From NCBI GenBank assembly GCA_951406725.2, contig OX597816.1:23498001-23562000 (forward strand): a DNA stretch of 64,000 nt, written 5' to 3'. The stretch is from Octopus vulgaris (taxonomy: Eukaryota). How positions within the stretch are numbered: position 1 is the stretch's first letter; each line of letters begins with the position of its first letter. Of this stretch, positions 1 to 13,985 are shown one piece after another. The translations under genes were made by a program, and so were the position numbers. The notes beneath the pieces were generated by a model. The model had not been told where the DNA came from. It saw only the letters and a program-made list of their open reading frames with translations, and ran no database searches.

Positions 1-519
1 TACTACATGTAGCTCCTATTATCAAATGTAACACGTGTAATGGTGAATAAATAATGCCAAAAAAAATTCCAATGCCCTTTTTTTGTTTTTTCGTCTTTTT
101 TTCTTTTAATTAGTCGGCAGAAAATATTTTCCAGTACTTTCAAGTCTTATACATGCCAAATATCTACACAGGAATTTTGGATACTGAAATAAGCAGATGT
201 GATTCAAGAGGACACGGCTTGAATTTTTACCCTATCTACATTATATAAGAAAATCACAAAGAACACGAAGATGCAGATGTGCCGATCTGCGTATTCAATA
301 GTCTTAGATAAAAACTCGATCAAATATTTATAACCCAGCGAAGCGAACCCAGGACATTCATCAGCTTAATTACAGTGGGATCGCTAACTTTAAGTAATCC
401 TAAGCACTCCTTACAACTCGATGTGGTTAATCGGAACCCGGACTATAACTGACTGCTCGCACTTTACCTGCCTAGTTAACTTATCCCTATCTCTTCCTCA
501 TATATATATATATATATAA

Positions 520-947
520 TTGATATAGGATAAAATTTTTTTCGGGAAAAAAATTTTATCAATGGCCAGCATATCAAAAAATGCCTTTAAAGGTAAAATT
601 TATACATAATTTATAAGATAAGGGCAGAAGAAAAATTCTAATGCCAGATACGCCGAAACAAAAAATATATATATATATATGTATTTGGGGTACTTAAGTC
701 TGCTCGGGACTTGGTGCTTGCTTCTTCCGTGGGTATGAATAAGTATTTCATTTATATCTCGCGTATGTGCCGCTGAAGAGGGGAAAATTTCTTGTGAATT
801 AACCCCGAAATTGGACCAATACGGTAATAACGAATTTTTTAGAGATTTCTATCGGTTTGTTTCGAGACGCATAAATTTAATGATTATCGACAATATTTTT
901 TTTTCGGCGTATCTGGCATTAGAATTTTTCTTCTGCCCTTATCTTGT

Positions 948-955
<8 letters not shown>
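520..955. mobile_element. (TA)n-flanked fold-back element, HHR family A (Penelope-like terminal-repeat remnant)
   Basis: 606-660 is the reverse complement of 900-955; (TA)n on both sides; homologous to 14190-14625 and 36672-36812; degenerate HHR core CTGAAGA(773)-GGGG..CCCC-GAAA(807). Confidence 0.65.
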
Positions 956-994
<39 letters not shown>

Positions 995-1031
995 CTGTCC
1001 TCAAATAACTTACGCACCCTGTATATACACA

Positions 1032-1072
<41 letters not shown>

Positions 1073-2086
1073 ATTCTCTCCGTGTAGATTGCCTCGCTGT
1101 TCGAAATCCAAACATTATCATCGAGGCTCACATTTTATTTATCAATGTTATTATTTTCTATTTCCTAGATCGATAAGAATACAAGACAAGTAACCAATAT
1201 TCTTATCTAAAATATCAAAATAAAATCAATCATTGCCTCTACGACACAACGACACTTACTCTGAATTAAATCCTCCGAAAACAAAAAAAGTATTAACAAT
1301 TTTATATATATATAAGAATATGTCTATATCGCCTTGACAAACAGCGCGACGACCAATGTTGGATGTTATTACAATCTGGTATTAAGTTAGTGTATGAAAT
1401 AATGAAATACGGCAATGAGAATGGTGTACCACAATATCTGTATAGTATATATATCCAATACAATCAGAAAACGTGGTGTGCACAAACAGAACAAGGAAAT
1501 AATTTAAGTAAGTAATGTTTGACGCAACTACATTGACCAGACTCAACTCATACACTGATTAACTGTGACCAACGTGAAACCTCGGTGTTAAATCTGATGC
1601 AGTCGTGTATCCTTTGTAAGTCAGCTTTGATGTTTCTGAAAATGCACACAAACACACACCATATATACACATGTACGTATGTATGTATGTATGTATCTAT
1701 GTATGTATGAGAGTATGTGTATGTGCGCGTATTTGTATACCTTATCTGCATGTATTTTTGAGTACATGTGTGCGAAAAATACAGAGAGAGAGAGTCTGTA
1801 TATTTATGTGTCTCGTATATTTATCAGACTTATGATATAATGTTATAACGTTACATCTCGAGAAAAAATTTTCTTTTCTTTTTTTTAATTTTTTTTTTTT
1901 TTGGTTTTCTTTTTACTTACCAAATATATCTACTCCGCTCTGTTATCTCAAAGTGAACAAATGATATTGAGATTTATTCCCAAAACGATAAGCAATATGT
2001 ATATATCCTTAAATTGATGTAATACAGAAACTCACAAACTCTGTTGACAAGAAAGTTGCTTATACCTCTGCTACCATCACTACAAC

Positions 2087-2100
2087 TATTATTATTATTA

Positions 2101-2152
<52 letters not shown>

Positions 2153-2181
2153 CATGATTGTTATTATTATTATTATTATTA

Positions 2182-2244
<63 letters not shown>
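2087..2244. repeat. (ATT)n microsatellite
   Basis: Direct reading; source of the poly-N and poly-L ORFs. Confidence 0.98.
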
Positions 2245-2245
<1 letters not shown>

Positions 2246-2590
2246 GTTTCTTCAATTTTTATTTTTGCCTTTCACCAATCGCTGTGTTTTTAAATCCACG
2301 TAGAGGTAGAAATAAATCTATCAAATGGCATTTTTGGTTTAAGTAGTAAGGGCGCAGGTTCAAGTTCTTTTGGGATCAAATGTGTTTTATTTATTTTTGT
2401 AAATCTTTTTTTTTTTTCTTATTTCTTTTATTATTGAGCCCTAATACTCATCAGGCCGTTGTCCCGGATTCTTTGATGTGTAAATGACCAAGACAACAAC
2501 ATTTGCCTTTGAACGAGACGCTGGTTTGTTGTGGGGTTCGAGGCCAGAGACTTTAAAGAGTGAGCAAGTGTTTGATTGATACTTTATCTT

Positions 2591-3125
2591 ATCCTTTCTA
2601 CTATAGGCACAAGACCTGAAATTTTTGGTGAGGGGTCTAGTCGATTAGATCGACTCCAGTACGCAACTGGTACTTAATCTATCGACCCCGAAAGGATGAA
2701 AGCCAAAGTCGACCTCAGCGGAATTTGAACGCAGAACGTAACGGCAGACGAAATACCTATTTCTTTACTACCCACAAGGGGCTAAACACAGAGGGGATAA
2801 ACTAGGACAGACATAGGTATTAAGTTGATTACATCGACTCCAGTGCGTAACTGGTACTTATTTACTCGACCCCGAAAGGATGAAAGGCAAAGTCGACCTC
2901 GGCGGAATTTGAACTCAGAACGTAACGGCAGACGAAATACGGCGAAGCATTTCACCCGGTGTGCTAACGATTCTGCCAGCTCGCCGCCTTGGTACTTTAT
3001 TTTATCAAACCCCAGAAGGATGAAAGGCAAAGTTGACCACCGTGGCGTTCGAACTCAGAACATAAGGAACCAGAAGAAATGCCGCTAAGCTTTTTATCCT
3101 GAACGATTTTACCAGCTTGCCGCCT
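2591..3125 (-). mobile_element. cluster of tRNA-derived SINE family B copies
   Basis: Reverse complement of GGCGGCGAGCTGGCAGAA..GAGTTCAAATTCCGCCGAGGTCGACTTTGCCTTTCATCCTTTCGGGGTCG (Pol III A/B boxes), three times; many other copies in the window. Confidence 0.9.
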
Positions 3126-3467
3126 TTCTCTTTTAGCTATTTGGTGTAAATACATAAATACAATAAACAAAAAGTGAATTGAATCAGTCGATAAATTATT
3201 GCAGCCGACTTTCATGTAGCGTAAATTTTAATCTTCTCAGAAGACCTTGTGACATGAACAACCGTTATCTAAATCTATGTGAAATACTTCCTGAGACTGG
3301 AGAACTGACCTAAAGATCTGTATAAAGTAATCCTGGACCAGTTAATGGCGCGCAAAGGGTAACGCTTGAAGTGTATTACGCAAGAACGAGATGTCCTTAC
3401 GTCGGGATTCCACGCATTTTCCTTCTACCATATTTCACTTGCTCAAAATGCAGTGTATTTGTATGGT

Positions 3468-3822
3468 TGTGTAGTTCAGAAGTTCGCCTCACAAGCAAAA
3501 GGTTTTGGTTTGGGTTTCAGTCCCACTGCGCAGCACCCATGGCAAGTGTTTTCTACTATAGTCTTGGACAAATAAATTCTTTCTGAGCCGATTGGGGAGA
3601 CGGAAACTGTCATATATATGCGTGGGTGGGGTCGGGATTATCTGTCTACCAAACACCCACCACTTGACAACCGATGCTGTTTTAGCAAAACGAACCGATA
3701 AAATAAGGACCAAACTTAGAAAAAAGAAAGAAATGGGTCCGATTTGCTCAACCAAAACCTGTGAAGACGAGACCACAGCATGGCAGTAGTACAATTACTG
3801 AAACGAGTAAAAGAAGTAAAAG
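3468..3822 (+). mobile_element. degenerate tRNA-derived SINE family A
   Basis: Diverged match to the 34556-34963 copy (cagtcccactgcg..ggcaagtg..ctactatag..gacggaaactg..cagcatggc..actgaaac). Confidence 0.8.
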
Positions 3823-5839
3823 AAATTGTGATTGAACTTAAAAATTCTATAGTTGCGTATAGAACCTCTAAGGTACACGGATGTCGAGAAAAACACAAAT
3901 TCTTACTATAATCTATTAGAATACAGAAACAAAATATATGCAACTTATAGGGCATATGGTTAAGATAACACAGAATGCAACGTATATGGCATTTGGTTAA
4001 GATAAATTCAAAACAAAAGTCCGAAATTCGGAGAAATAGTCAGATAAAGTCATCTGATTTAGAATTTCGCTTCATTATTACATGGTTCTCCGTTTGATTT
4101 CATTGCATCCAACTTTGAGAAAGTATTTTATACTATAGTTTCGGATTGATGCAAATTTATGTGTGAAATTGGGAAGACCGAAAATGGACAGAAACCCATA
4201 AAATAGAATGTACCTCTTTTTTCTGCTAAGCTTAATCTCTCACCCAGTTTCATGATATTAGCCGAATGGCGGTGTTTTTCCGCCCTCAGTTCTAGAACAA
4301 AGTCCCTGATCTGCGAATGACTTGCTATTCTAAGGTATTGCTTCCTACTGCAGTTTAACACTCTCCGTGGTCAAATTTGTCTTTCATCGTTTTGGGGACT
4401 CGATAAAGTAAAATACACCCCTTCACCTTTTCCACCTGTGACTCAAAGGGGCATCAAGGATACGCCAGCTGGATAGATAGAGGGCCGTAAAATAATTGCT
4501 GATACACATTTCAGTTGAAAAATATTTGAGCAACATATAATGAAGTGTCTTACTCGAGGATGCAGCCTGATGCTTCATTCAAGAATAGAACTGAAGACGT
4601 TATGATAAGGGACACAATATCCTAAATCTAAGACCATGAGCCTTCATAATGCACTTATAAATAGTATGAATATTGCACGTTCATTTTCCTTTCGCATTTA
4701 CATCCAAAGGTTTGAGAGAAAAGTTTTTTAAAATGTAAAGTGGTGCCAAATGCTAAGTAATAACATTTAGCTACTGGCAAGGCAAGGCTGTGACCTTCAG
4801 TCAATTCTCTCTTAGAGTTATTTCCTTTTCGATTATGACCGTCGGTGAAACCATTGGGAAAAGCATAAACGATTACACACATTGTGTTTCTTCTAACTAT
4901 AGTATTTATTGCTTATGTAATAAATTAATACAGTTCGTTAATGTCGTAGCGTAAAAATGAAGCCCTCTGTAAACCAAGTCCGCTAGCCAATTTCGATTCC
5001 CGATTAGAACTACTTAAGCTTGCTTGCGTTGCTAATGTCTTTGGGTCTGTTTATATCACAAATGCATTATTATCCCACAATTACATTTTCCGCTATCCCA
5101 ATAATTCTGAGATTTTCAGCTTATGCAAAAGAGGTTTAGCTACCTATAAAATTTCTCGTTTTCGATAAAATTCCTGCTTTCCTATAATAGTTTTTCTCTT
5201 CGTCCATATATCTAACTTCCCTATAAATGATTTCCCTATAAATCACTTTTCTATAATTCGATAATTCCTATCATTCCGAGGTCTTGGACTTATGTAGGAA
5301 ATAAATACGATACGAAGTGTCGTAACGTATTAAGAAAAAGCTATCTGTGGAACTAGACATGAACGTTACACGATCTCGTATAATTTCCTCCATAAATCTC
5401 AAATCTCGGCTATGTCGCTTGCGCAATAAATCAATATGTAGTGAAATTGAAATCGATTTCTCAGCTGTGATGTTGCAAGGAACATTGCAACAAGGTCACT
5501 TGAACTATTCACCTACAATATAAACATTAACAACTTCTTATAGTTCTCCATCTCTATAGCCATTATACGTAAATGTATCAAAGCAATATGCATGTACCTG
5601 CTCCTTGACAAACATCTTAAACTCCGGTTTATATTACAACTTCAAACGCAACCAAGTCAGTTTGCACACGTCAAGGCTTTCGTGTGCCATACGTGACATA
5701 TGGACTGAAAATGCATTATCTTTCATTCTGCTGAAGGTTGATCAACAGATCAAAATCTTGTTTTATCAAAGAGACACAGCCCTTGCATAATCACTATAAA
5801 TCTTACATCTTACCCGCCATCTCCATGACATTTAATACT

Positions 5840-6315
5840 CTCCCCCCTCTCTCTCTCTTTCAATCCACCTCACTCTCACCTCTCTCTCTCTCTTTTAGTG
5901 TTTCTCTCTCACTCTTATTCTGTCTCTTACTCTTATTCTCTCGTTCTCTCTCTTTTAGTTTTACTCTCTCTCACTCATTGTCTCTCTCTCTCTCTTACTC
6001 TTACTCTCTCTTACTCTTACTCTCTCTCACTCTCATTCTCTCCCTTACTCTTTCTCTCTCTCACTCTCGTTCTCTCTCTCTCTTACTCTTACTCTCTCTT
6101 ACTCTTACTCTCTCTCACTCTCATTCTCTCCCTTACTCTTTCTCTCTCTCACTCTCGTTCTCTCTCTCTCTCTCTCTCTCTCTTAGATTTACTCTCTCTC
6201 TCACATCGTCTCTCTCTTAGCCTTACTCTCTCTCTTTCTGACTCTCATTCTCTCTCTCGTTCCCCTAGCTTTACTCTTACTCTCTCCCCTCCCCCACTTC
6301 TCTCTTTCTCTCTCA
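5840..6315. repeat. CT-rich low-complexity tract
   Basis: (CT)n and CTCTTA repeats; explains the LS-repeat ORFs. Confidence 0.95.
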
Positions 6316-6611
6316 AACACTCATTTTCATTCATATTCATACAATTGGTTACAAAATTATACACAAATACATTTACGGAAACATACAGCTGATAGCAGTG
6401 TGGTTTGGTAAAGGATCAGGCTGTTACATACATATATGAACACACATACATATATACATATACGCATACATAAACCCACATTGGTAAACGCGCACACAAC
6501 ACACACACACACACACACACACGCGCATAAACACCCACCTTCCTCTGCATACAAACCTTTCATTTTCACTCCGTCCAAAAACTATCCATCCACCTATATA
6601 TCAATCCACAG

Positions 6612-6668
<57 letters not shown>

Positions 6669-7444
6669 ATATATTCTTCTATATCTATCGCTATCTCTAC
6701 CATTCTAGCAGAGTGAAACGAAAAGCAAGGAGTTAAAAACGATTAAGAATTATGACCGCCGAAATATTATCGCAGTCCATTTCTAACTTGTTCACGAACG
6801 TCTTATCAGCTTCCAAGATATTATCATACAAAACACCCCGTAGGCGAAGAAGCTGAAAGCAATACTCAAAGACAGATTTAATAAATTCTTGATCTGTGTA
6901 TCATACTCTTGATCATTTAAACAACGGAAAAACCAATCCGAACCTTTTGATCATTGGTCAATGAGGACTGACCCGGAGCAGCATAATATCAATATCAGAA
7001 ACAATACTTTAAATTCTCTCTCAAATAGAAGCATCTGTCGACCAGTCACATGACGGAATATCATAATCAAAAATTGTCCATACCCAAGTAAAATTAGCAA
7101 ATATCAAAGTTTCTGAGGGAGAAAAAGCAATGTTGAAAGTGATAAGATTTACTTTTATCCAGAGGGCAAAGTATGGAAGACGTTGGTGCTAAAATAAACA
7201 GAGATGATAGTTTTGCAGTTGAGAAATAGCTACAGGACAAAAAAGAAAAGATGAACGAAGATAATGAACACTGTACTGAAAGTATACAGACAAACACACG
7301 CGCATGCGTACACATGTAAACACGCACACGCGTTCACATACACATAGACCTATGTATTTATTCACACGTATACACATACATATATACATGTTTATATACA
7401 GTCATATATAAAAACAGACGTTAATATAAATACCGAGATATGCG

Positions 7445-7910
7445 GATGTATATGTATTTGTGTGTGTGAGAGAGAGAGTGTGTATAAGTATGTATGTGTA
7501 TATGTGTGTGTGTACGTGTATGTACGCATGTATATGTGTGTGTACGTGTGTGCGTCTATTTAAGTATCATGTGTGTATTTGTGTATATGTGTGTGCGTGT
7601 GTATGTGTGTGTATGTGTGTGTGAGTGTAAGTAGTGTTTATGTGTGTGTACGTGTATGTATGCGTGTGTATATGTGTGCACGTGTGTGTGTGTATAAGTA
7701 TGTATGTATGCGTGTATGTGTGTGTACGTGTGTATCTGTGTGTATGTGCTTGTACGTGTGGTGTGTGTGTGTATAAGTATACATGTGTGTATGTGTGTGT
7801 ACGTGTGTTTCTGTGTGTATGTGTTTGTACGTGTGATGTGTGTATGTGAGTGTATAAGTATGTGTGTATGTGTGTGTGTATATGTGTGTGTATGTGTGTG
7901 TGTGTGTACA
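7445..7910. repeat. degenerate (GT)/(GTAT) microsatellite tract
   Basis: Direct reading. Confidence 0.95.
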
Positions 7911-8270
7911 CACAATTTATTGTGACTCCGAAGATGATAAATGTGTGGAATATGGGACTGCTTTCGTTTCTTCAGTCGATCGACGATAAATTGATTGATT
8001 GATACGACTGAACTATGGAACGAGACCGCCTCCAATATTTATCGGAAACATATGTCAGGCTTGAATAAATGCATAAAATCTATTATATGTGTTAAACTGT
8101 TTATCATATATATGTGTGTGTGTGTGTGTGTGTGTCTTTGTGTGTGTGTGTATGTGTGTGTGTGTGTGTATGTATGTATGTGTGTGTGTGCATGTGTGTG
8201 TGTGTGTGTAGTGTAGTGTCAGCCCTGCGCATATTATCACTGTAAGTCAGTGGTAATATATAATAATGGA

Positions 8271-8450
8271 AGGCGACGAGCCGGCAGAATCATTAGAATA
8301 ATACTTAACGATATTTCGTCCGACTTTACATTCAGAGTTCAAATTCCGCCGAAGTCCACTTAGCCTTTCATCATTTCGAGGTCAATAAAATAAGTACCAG
8401 GCGAACACTAGGGGTGATGAAATTGCTGGCCTTGCGCCAAAATTTAAAAC
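8271..8450 (+). mobile_element. degenerate SINE family B
   Basis: ggcgacgagccggcagaatc..gagttcaaattccgccgaagtcc..cctttcatc..aagtaccag. Confidence 0.8.
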
Positions 8451-8559
8451 CAATATAGGATAACGAGATGTAAATAGATTTGACTTAGCAAGTCTGTTGA
8501 ATTTATTGGGTAGAAGCTGATGTAAATATTTATAAGAGCTACAATGTCTCTATAGAATA

Positions 8560-8950
8560 CTAGCAGTATCGCCCGGCGTTGCTCGAGTTTGTTTCGACCC
8601 TTTAGAATTGGAATTTTTGAAAAGGAAAAATTTTGCATTATGTAGCTTGTTATTCTGTTTAAGTGAACATTTTTCTGGTTGAAATACACCGAAAAATGGC
8701 GACACAGCAGTCAAAAAATCGTAACAAAATAGGGATTTTAATAGAAAAAAAGCACCTTTTTGATGTAAATAAGTTTTGGTCTTAACATGGTCCGATTTGA
8801 ATTTTATCTTCTACGGAATGAAGAGCAAACCTTCTTCTATCATACTCTTAATTTTAGTCAACTTGCGCCGCAGGGTCTCGGAGGAGATATTGTTAGTTGA
8901 AGGCTACGGAACCTGCCACACAGAGACAACTTCAGCTTTATATATATAGA
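8560..8950 (-). mobile_element. non-autonomous Helitron
   Basis: Minus strand starts A|TCTATATATATAAAG (8950) and ends with hairpin CTCGAGCAACGCCGGG, about 8 nt, then CTAG|T (8563-8560): canonical 5'-TC, 3'-hairpin-CTRR, inserted between A and T. Confidence 0.8.
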
Positions 8951-9329
8951 TATGGTTTTATACGAAAAATGGATATTATTATTACAATTCAAAGTTTTTG
9001 AGGTTTTTTTTTTCCTTCAGAGACCATTTGGTTTCGAAATTAGAAACCTTGTAATAGTCGCCCCCATGAATTTACCCATCACAAAATTCGAGTTTTACAC
9101 GAGTTCATATAGTAAGGAAATATTGTCAAAATGGCTGAAAGAGGATCAATTGGCCATCATGAATAAAATGAAGCATACTTTACAGCTGATCTCTGGTATT
9201 GCCCCCCCCCCCAAAAAAAAAGGAGAGAAATTCTTTCCCTAGTTAATGACAACAAAACAATCTTGATTACAAGTATTAAAATAAACGAACGAATAGACGC
9301 ACACCCAGATATGTTTGTATGTCTTTTTA

Positions 9330-9531
9330 GCTTGCTTTAGTCATTAGACTGCAGCCATGCTGAGGCACTGCCTTGTAGAGTTGTCGAACAAATCAACTCC
9401 AGTACTTAGTTTTATTAGTCTGGTAATTATTCTATCGGACTATCGCGCGCTTTTTGCCGAACTGCTAAGTTACGGGGATGTAAATGAGCCAAAACCGATT
9501 GTGAGGCGGTGGTGGTAATCAAACACAAATA

Positions 9532-9582
<51 letters not shown>

Positions 9583-10128
9583 TATACATATATATATATA
9601 CACACGAAATGCTTCCCCATCTACCAGATTCACTCACCCTGAAGTCCAACCCCTCCTCAAAGCGGTAGGGTGGTGTAAACGGGCAGTGTCTGAGCTATGC
9701 CGTCGGGAACTTCGGTTCCTGGTAGGGCCACCCAAGGCGGTTTGGTCTGGCACCGAGCGGTATTAGGGCCGCAGCCTGGCCAACGGGGCTCTGGTGAAAA
9801 TTCCAAGAGGCGTCTGATCGGCAACCGGCGGCTTCGAGGTCGTTCTGTCCCTGCGTCTGTGGAGGCAAACAGGGCGTCCCGTCACTCGGGATATGCATGC
9901 AGGATGCCGGGGACCGCATGTGAATTCAATATTCCCACGAAACTTCTTCTCAGAGAAGAAGCCGGCTCAACCCGCCCTGGGTGAATGCCGTCACAAGTAC
10001 AAGTAAGTAAGTAAGTCCGATGCTGTAGTAGAAGACACTTGCCTAAGGTGTCAAGCAATGATAATAAACTTGAAACTACGAGGTTGAAGAAACGAGTTTT
10101 TTAACCACACACCCACATGCCTGTGTCT
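9330..10128 (-). mobile_element. SINE family A, split by an RTE-derived insertion
   Basis: SINE A sequence runs 9330-9637 and resumes at 10017; about 15 nt of SINE consensus are missing at the junction. Confidence 0.8.
9638..10016 (+). mobile_element. short internally deleted RTE-clade retroelement (5'UTR fused to 3' tail)
   Basis: GC-rich island; 5' motif GAGCTATGCCG..GGTAGGGCCACCCAAGGCGG resembles RTE/BovB 5'UTR; ends in CCGGCTCAACCCGCCCTGGGTGAATGCCG plus CAAGTA/AAGT tandem tail typical of RTE. Confidence 0.7.
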
Positions 10129-10369
10129 CCAGACACATTATGATAGAAGAAAGCATTGTCGCGACAAGAACGACTTTGATACACAACTTACTCAGTAAGA
10201 ATAGAAAAGGGCAAACAATAATATTATAAATTGCTTCTTTAGCACAATATATAAAAATATAGTAATAGAACGCATTGCTTTTATATATCGATCTTTACAA
10301 AAAATTGTGCGTTATTATATCTTACATATTATATCTTAGAAATTATTAGCATTATGTTTCGGTATTGTT

Positions 10370-10585
10370 AAGGAGGACAGTTGGCAGGGTCGTTAGCTAG
10401 CATATCGAACAATATACATATTTCTTTTGGTTCTTTCCGTTCTGAGTACAAACATTGCCGAAATCAACTTCGTCTTTCATCCTTTCTGAGAAGATAAAAT
10501 AATTACAAGACAAATAAATCGGGTCGATAAAATCCTCTAACACATACATCCCCATAAAACTGCTGGTCTTTTACCAAAATTTCAA
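10370..10585 (+). mobile_element. highly degenerate SINE family B
   Basis: gttggcagggtcgttagc..cgttctgagtac..ctttcatcctttc..gggtcgat..tgctggtctt. Confidence 0.65.
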
Positions 10586-10714
10586 ATAATTATGCTTTGG
10601 TATTGTTGGTGTTGTAGTTTATAACTTCGTCACCTCTGATCGAAAACCTCTATCATCAAAGGCTTTCTATCTATGGCCATCTATCGAATGATTTTCATTT
10701 ATAAAAATCCTCAA

Positions 10715-11280
10715 AAAAATGTTTCAGCCCAAAAGCTGCGGTCATGCTGGGGCAACACCGTTGATTGTGCTACACTAGTATGTGAAACTCCCCCTGATAC
10801 GTGGCATTTGGTCAACAAGGGAGTTCGACGCCGCTGCCCGCATCTGCGATTCCTGCCGAGAGATAGGTTCAACTGGAACCTCTGACAAGAAGAGATCGAG
10901 TTTAGTTGTAAAGAAACCCACATCCACACCATGCAGGTCTCTCAGGCATTTAGGAAGGATATTAAAAAGTTGTGGTCCGTTGAAACCCAAGCTGTTGCAG
11001 TTTCTTGTCCTGTATTTTGATGGTGATGTTGGGATCTTTGGCACCATGCAGTGGTGCCCCGTTCTTTCAATGCCAACATTTGGGACAAGGCTCTCCAGGA
11101 CCTTCCAGATGTATATCGCTGCATATCTCTCCTGCCTTCGCTCCAGGGAGAAGAGTTTTAATACTTTCAGTCTTTTCCAGAAGCTGATACGTTGCATTGA
11201 GACGATCATTTTAGTGTAGCTTCGCTGGATTGCTTCGAGTTTTACTGTTAGCTTTATATTGTGTGGTGACCATAGTTGTA
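10715..11280 (-). pseudogene. 3' fragment of CR1/L2-group LINE ORF2 plus 3'UTR
   Basis: ORF 10775-11383: LEAIQRSYTK..WKRLKVLKLFSLERRQERY..IYIWKVL..GPQLFNILPKCLR..FTTKLDLFL, typical post-RT C-terminus; followed by a CAGCATGACC-hairpin-GAAAC tail. Confidence 0.85.
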
Positions 11281-11442
11281 GTAGTCCCAGCGGTTGAGGA
11301 CGAATGTCTTCCAGAGGACCATCAGTGTCTCCTGAACTAAAAACAACCAAATCACTACGAGATATATAGTACTTACACTTCAAAAGCCGAAAAAACAGAT
11401 CTATATATATGGCATCCCTTGTTCACAAGGCAGTTTACAGGT

Positions 11443-11612
11443 TGTATAAGTTTGATCTGCTTTTGTATAAGTTTGATCTGCTTTTGTATAAGTTTGATCT
11501 GCTCTTGTATAAGTTTGATCTGCTTTTGTATAAGTTTGATCTGCTTTTGTATAAGTTTGATCTGCTTTTGTATAAGTTTGATCTGCTCTTGTATAAGTTT
11601 GATCTGCTTTTG
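11443..11612. repeat. 21-bp minisatellite (TGTATAAGTTTGATCTGCTTT) x8
   Basis: Eight near-identical units, two with a T>C variant; explains the QIKLIQK and YKFDLLL ORFs. Confidence 0.97.
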
Positions 11613-11664
11613 TTTGAATATTTCCCTAATCAAATAGATTCAAAATATAGCTACATGTTTGTTT

Positions 11665-11811
11665 TCTAGCTTGCTTACAAACCACATGGTTCCGGGTTCA
11701 GTCCCACTGCGTGGCACCTTGTGCAAGTGTTTTCTACTATAGCTTCGGGCCGACCAAAGCCTTGTGAGTGGATTTGGTAGACGGAAACTGAAAGAAGCCC
11801 GTCGTGTATAC

Positions 11812-11873
<62 letters not shown>

Positions 11874-12085
11874 ATATATCTGTGTTTGTCCCCAACATCG
11901 CTTTACAATCGATGCTGGTTTGTTTACGTCCCCGTAACTTAGCGGTTCAGCAAAAGACAACGATAGAATAAGTACTAGGCTTACCAAGAATAAGTCAGTC
12001 CTTTAGTCGATTTGCTCGACTAAAGGCGGTGCTCCAGCATGGCTACAGTCAAGTGACTGAAACAGGTAAAAGAGTAAAAGAGAGA
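11665..12085 (+). mobile_element. SINE family A (5'-clipped) with internal (TA)(TG) microsatellite
   Basis: Match to the 34556-34963 copy; tail aaggcggtgctccagcatggc..gactgaaacaggtaaaagagtaaaagag. Confidence 0.92.
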
Positions 12086-12558
12086 CATCTACAACTGCAT
12101 TACTTCATGTATCTTCCCTTCTCCATGCCAGTTCGATTTTCGCAGGATTTCTTTGCTATATCTAGCTAATAGAACCACCATTTTGCAGTCCTATCGTTAG
12201 CAGTCTTAACAGCGTTTTAGAAACTCTTTGTAGTGGAACACTTTCATAACGTTATTACTTTTACGTCGCTGACATTTCAAGAGTTAAAAAAACACCCGAG
12301 GGGAAAATATTTCTCACAATTTAGCTGACATCATAGGTAATTGCGTTTATTACTTAAATGGTATTTTTATTACTTCTGGTCTGGAGGGAAATCGAATTCA
12401 TTATATCTTCATGGCCTCGATTATGAAGCAAACTTCTGCTAAGAAAAACCAACGGTTCTCATCGGCTAGTTTTATTTTAATAAGTTTTTCAATTTCTCTG
12501 ATTATGATTCGTGACCACATAATAACACACACACACACATAAATATTACTATACTTAT

Positions 12559-12610
<52 letters not shown>

Positions 12611-12688
12611 CATTATAAATATGTATATATACATATATATATACATACATATATACATACATATATATATACATACATACACACACAC

Positions 12689-12752
<64 letters not shown>

Positions 12753-12989
12753 GTATATATGTGTGTGTATTCCTAATATTGATTTCACCGGGACTCGAAG
12801 CCTCAGGGTCCCAGTCACATCAATTTTATCAATAAATTTCACTCTATTTTATAAAGAGTTTCACCCTCAGTAAATGTTCTTGTTTTTCAACAACTTTATT
12901 AACACTTCCAAATAATATTTGTGTACGTGCGTAGGTAAGTATTATCTATAATACATCTAGATATAATATACATGTATAATTTATATACA

Positions 12990-13050
<61 letters not shown>

Positions 13051-13482
13051 ATGTATGTATGTATGTATGTATGTATGTATGTATGTATGTATGTATGTAT
13101 GTGTATATATACACATGTATGTATATAAACGTGTGTGTGAGTATGTGTATATTTATGTATGTATGTGTATATATATACACATGTATGTATATAAACGTGT
13201 GTGTGAGTATGTGTATATTTATGTATGCATGTATCTCTCTTCATTTATATGAGTTTGTATGTGTTATGGATTTGTGTGCTGTTAATCGCTAGAGGTTACA
13301 ATTACTAAAGGACCGAGAATTTAGTGCATTGGGCACTTATAAAACAGGTTTCTAATTAGGGGGTTGTATTTACATGTCCTATGATACCTCTCTGGATTGT
13401 TCTAGAAAAATTGTAAGAAGCTATTACAAGGTCTCGTATATACATTGTAGATAGTTTGCCCGTTCAGCAGTTCAATAAGAAT

Positions 13483-13745
<263 letters not shown>

Positions 13746-13748
13746 ATT

Positions 13749-13985
13749 TATGAAAGAAGATTTGAAAATGCAATTTAAAGATTCACTTGATTGGTTTCAC
13801 TTTTCTTGATATATCAAAGAATCTATATATGTATTTTAATGCTTTTGTGACAACCAGGACTTAACACAACAAAGTTTATACAAAGCTTTACATTTTACTT
13901 TTGACAGTCTTTTTCTAAAAAAGCGAAACCGGTCAAGTGAATAAACATCTTTAAAATTGCATTTTCAAACCTTCTTTCATATATA
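13749..13985. mobile_element. fold-back element with decayed minimal HHR (family B)
   Basis: 13749-13805 is inverted relative to 13920-13985; ACTT-TTGACAG-T-CTTTTT..AAAAAGC-GAAA-CCGG-TC-AAGT at 13897-13938. Confidence 0.55.

Noticed and set aside
1550-1640. Candidate minus-strand exon after TTTTCAG (NIKADLQRIHDCIRFNTE)
   Set aside because: No convincing donor site or homology.
340-2460. Minus-strand CTGATGA words at 358-364 and 2448-2454
   Set aside because: No properly placed GAAA, stem III or helix I.
11373-11669. Heptad QIKLIQK coiled-coil-like ORF / CRISPR-like array
   Set aside because: A 21-bp minisatellite with no spacers; open in several frames because the unit length is a multiple of 3.
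12770-12830. Minus-strand TTGATGT-G-ACTGGGAC/GTCCCGGT-GAAA HHR-like remnant
   Set aside because: Stem II is good but the core, stem III and helix I are all broken; a similarly weak case lies at 26098-26142.
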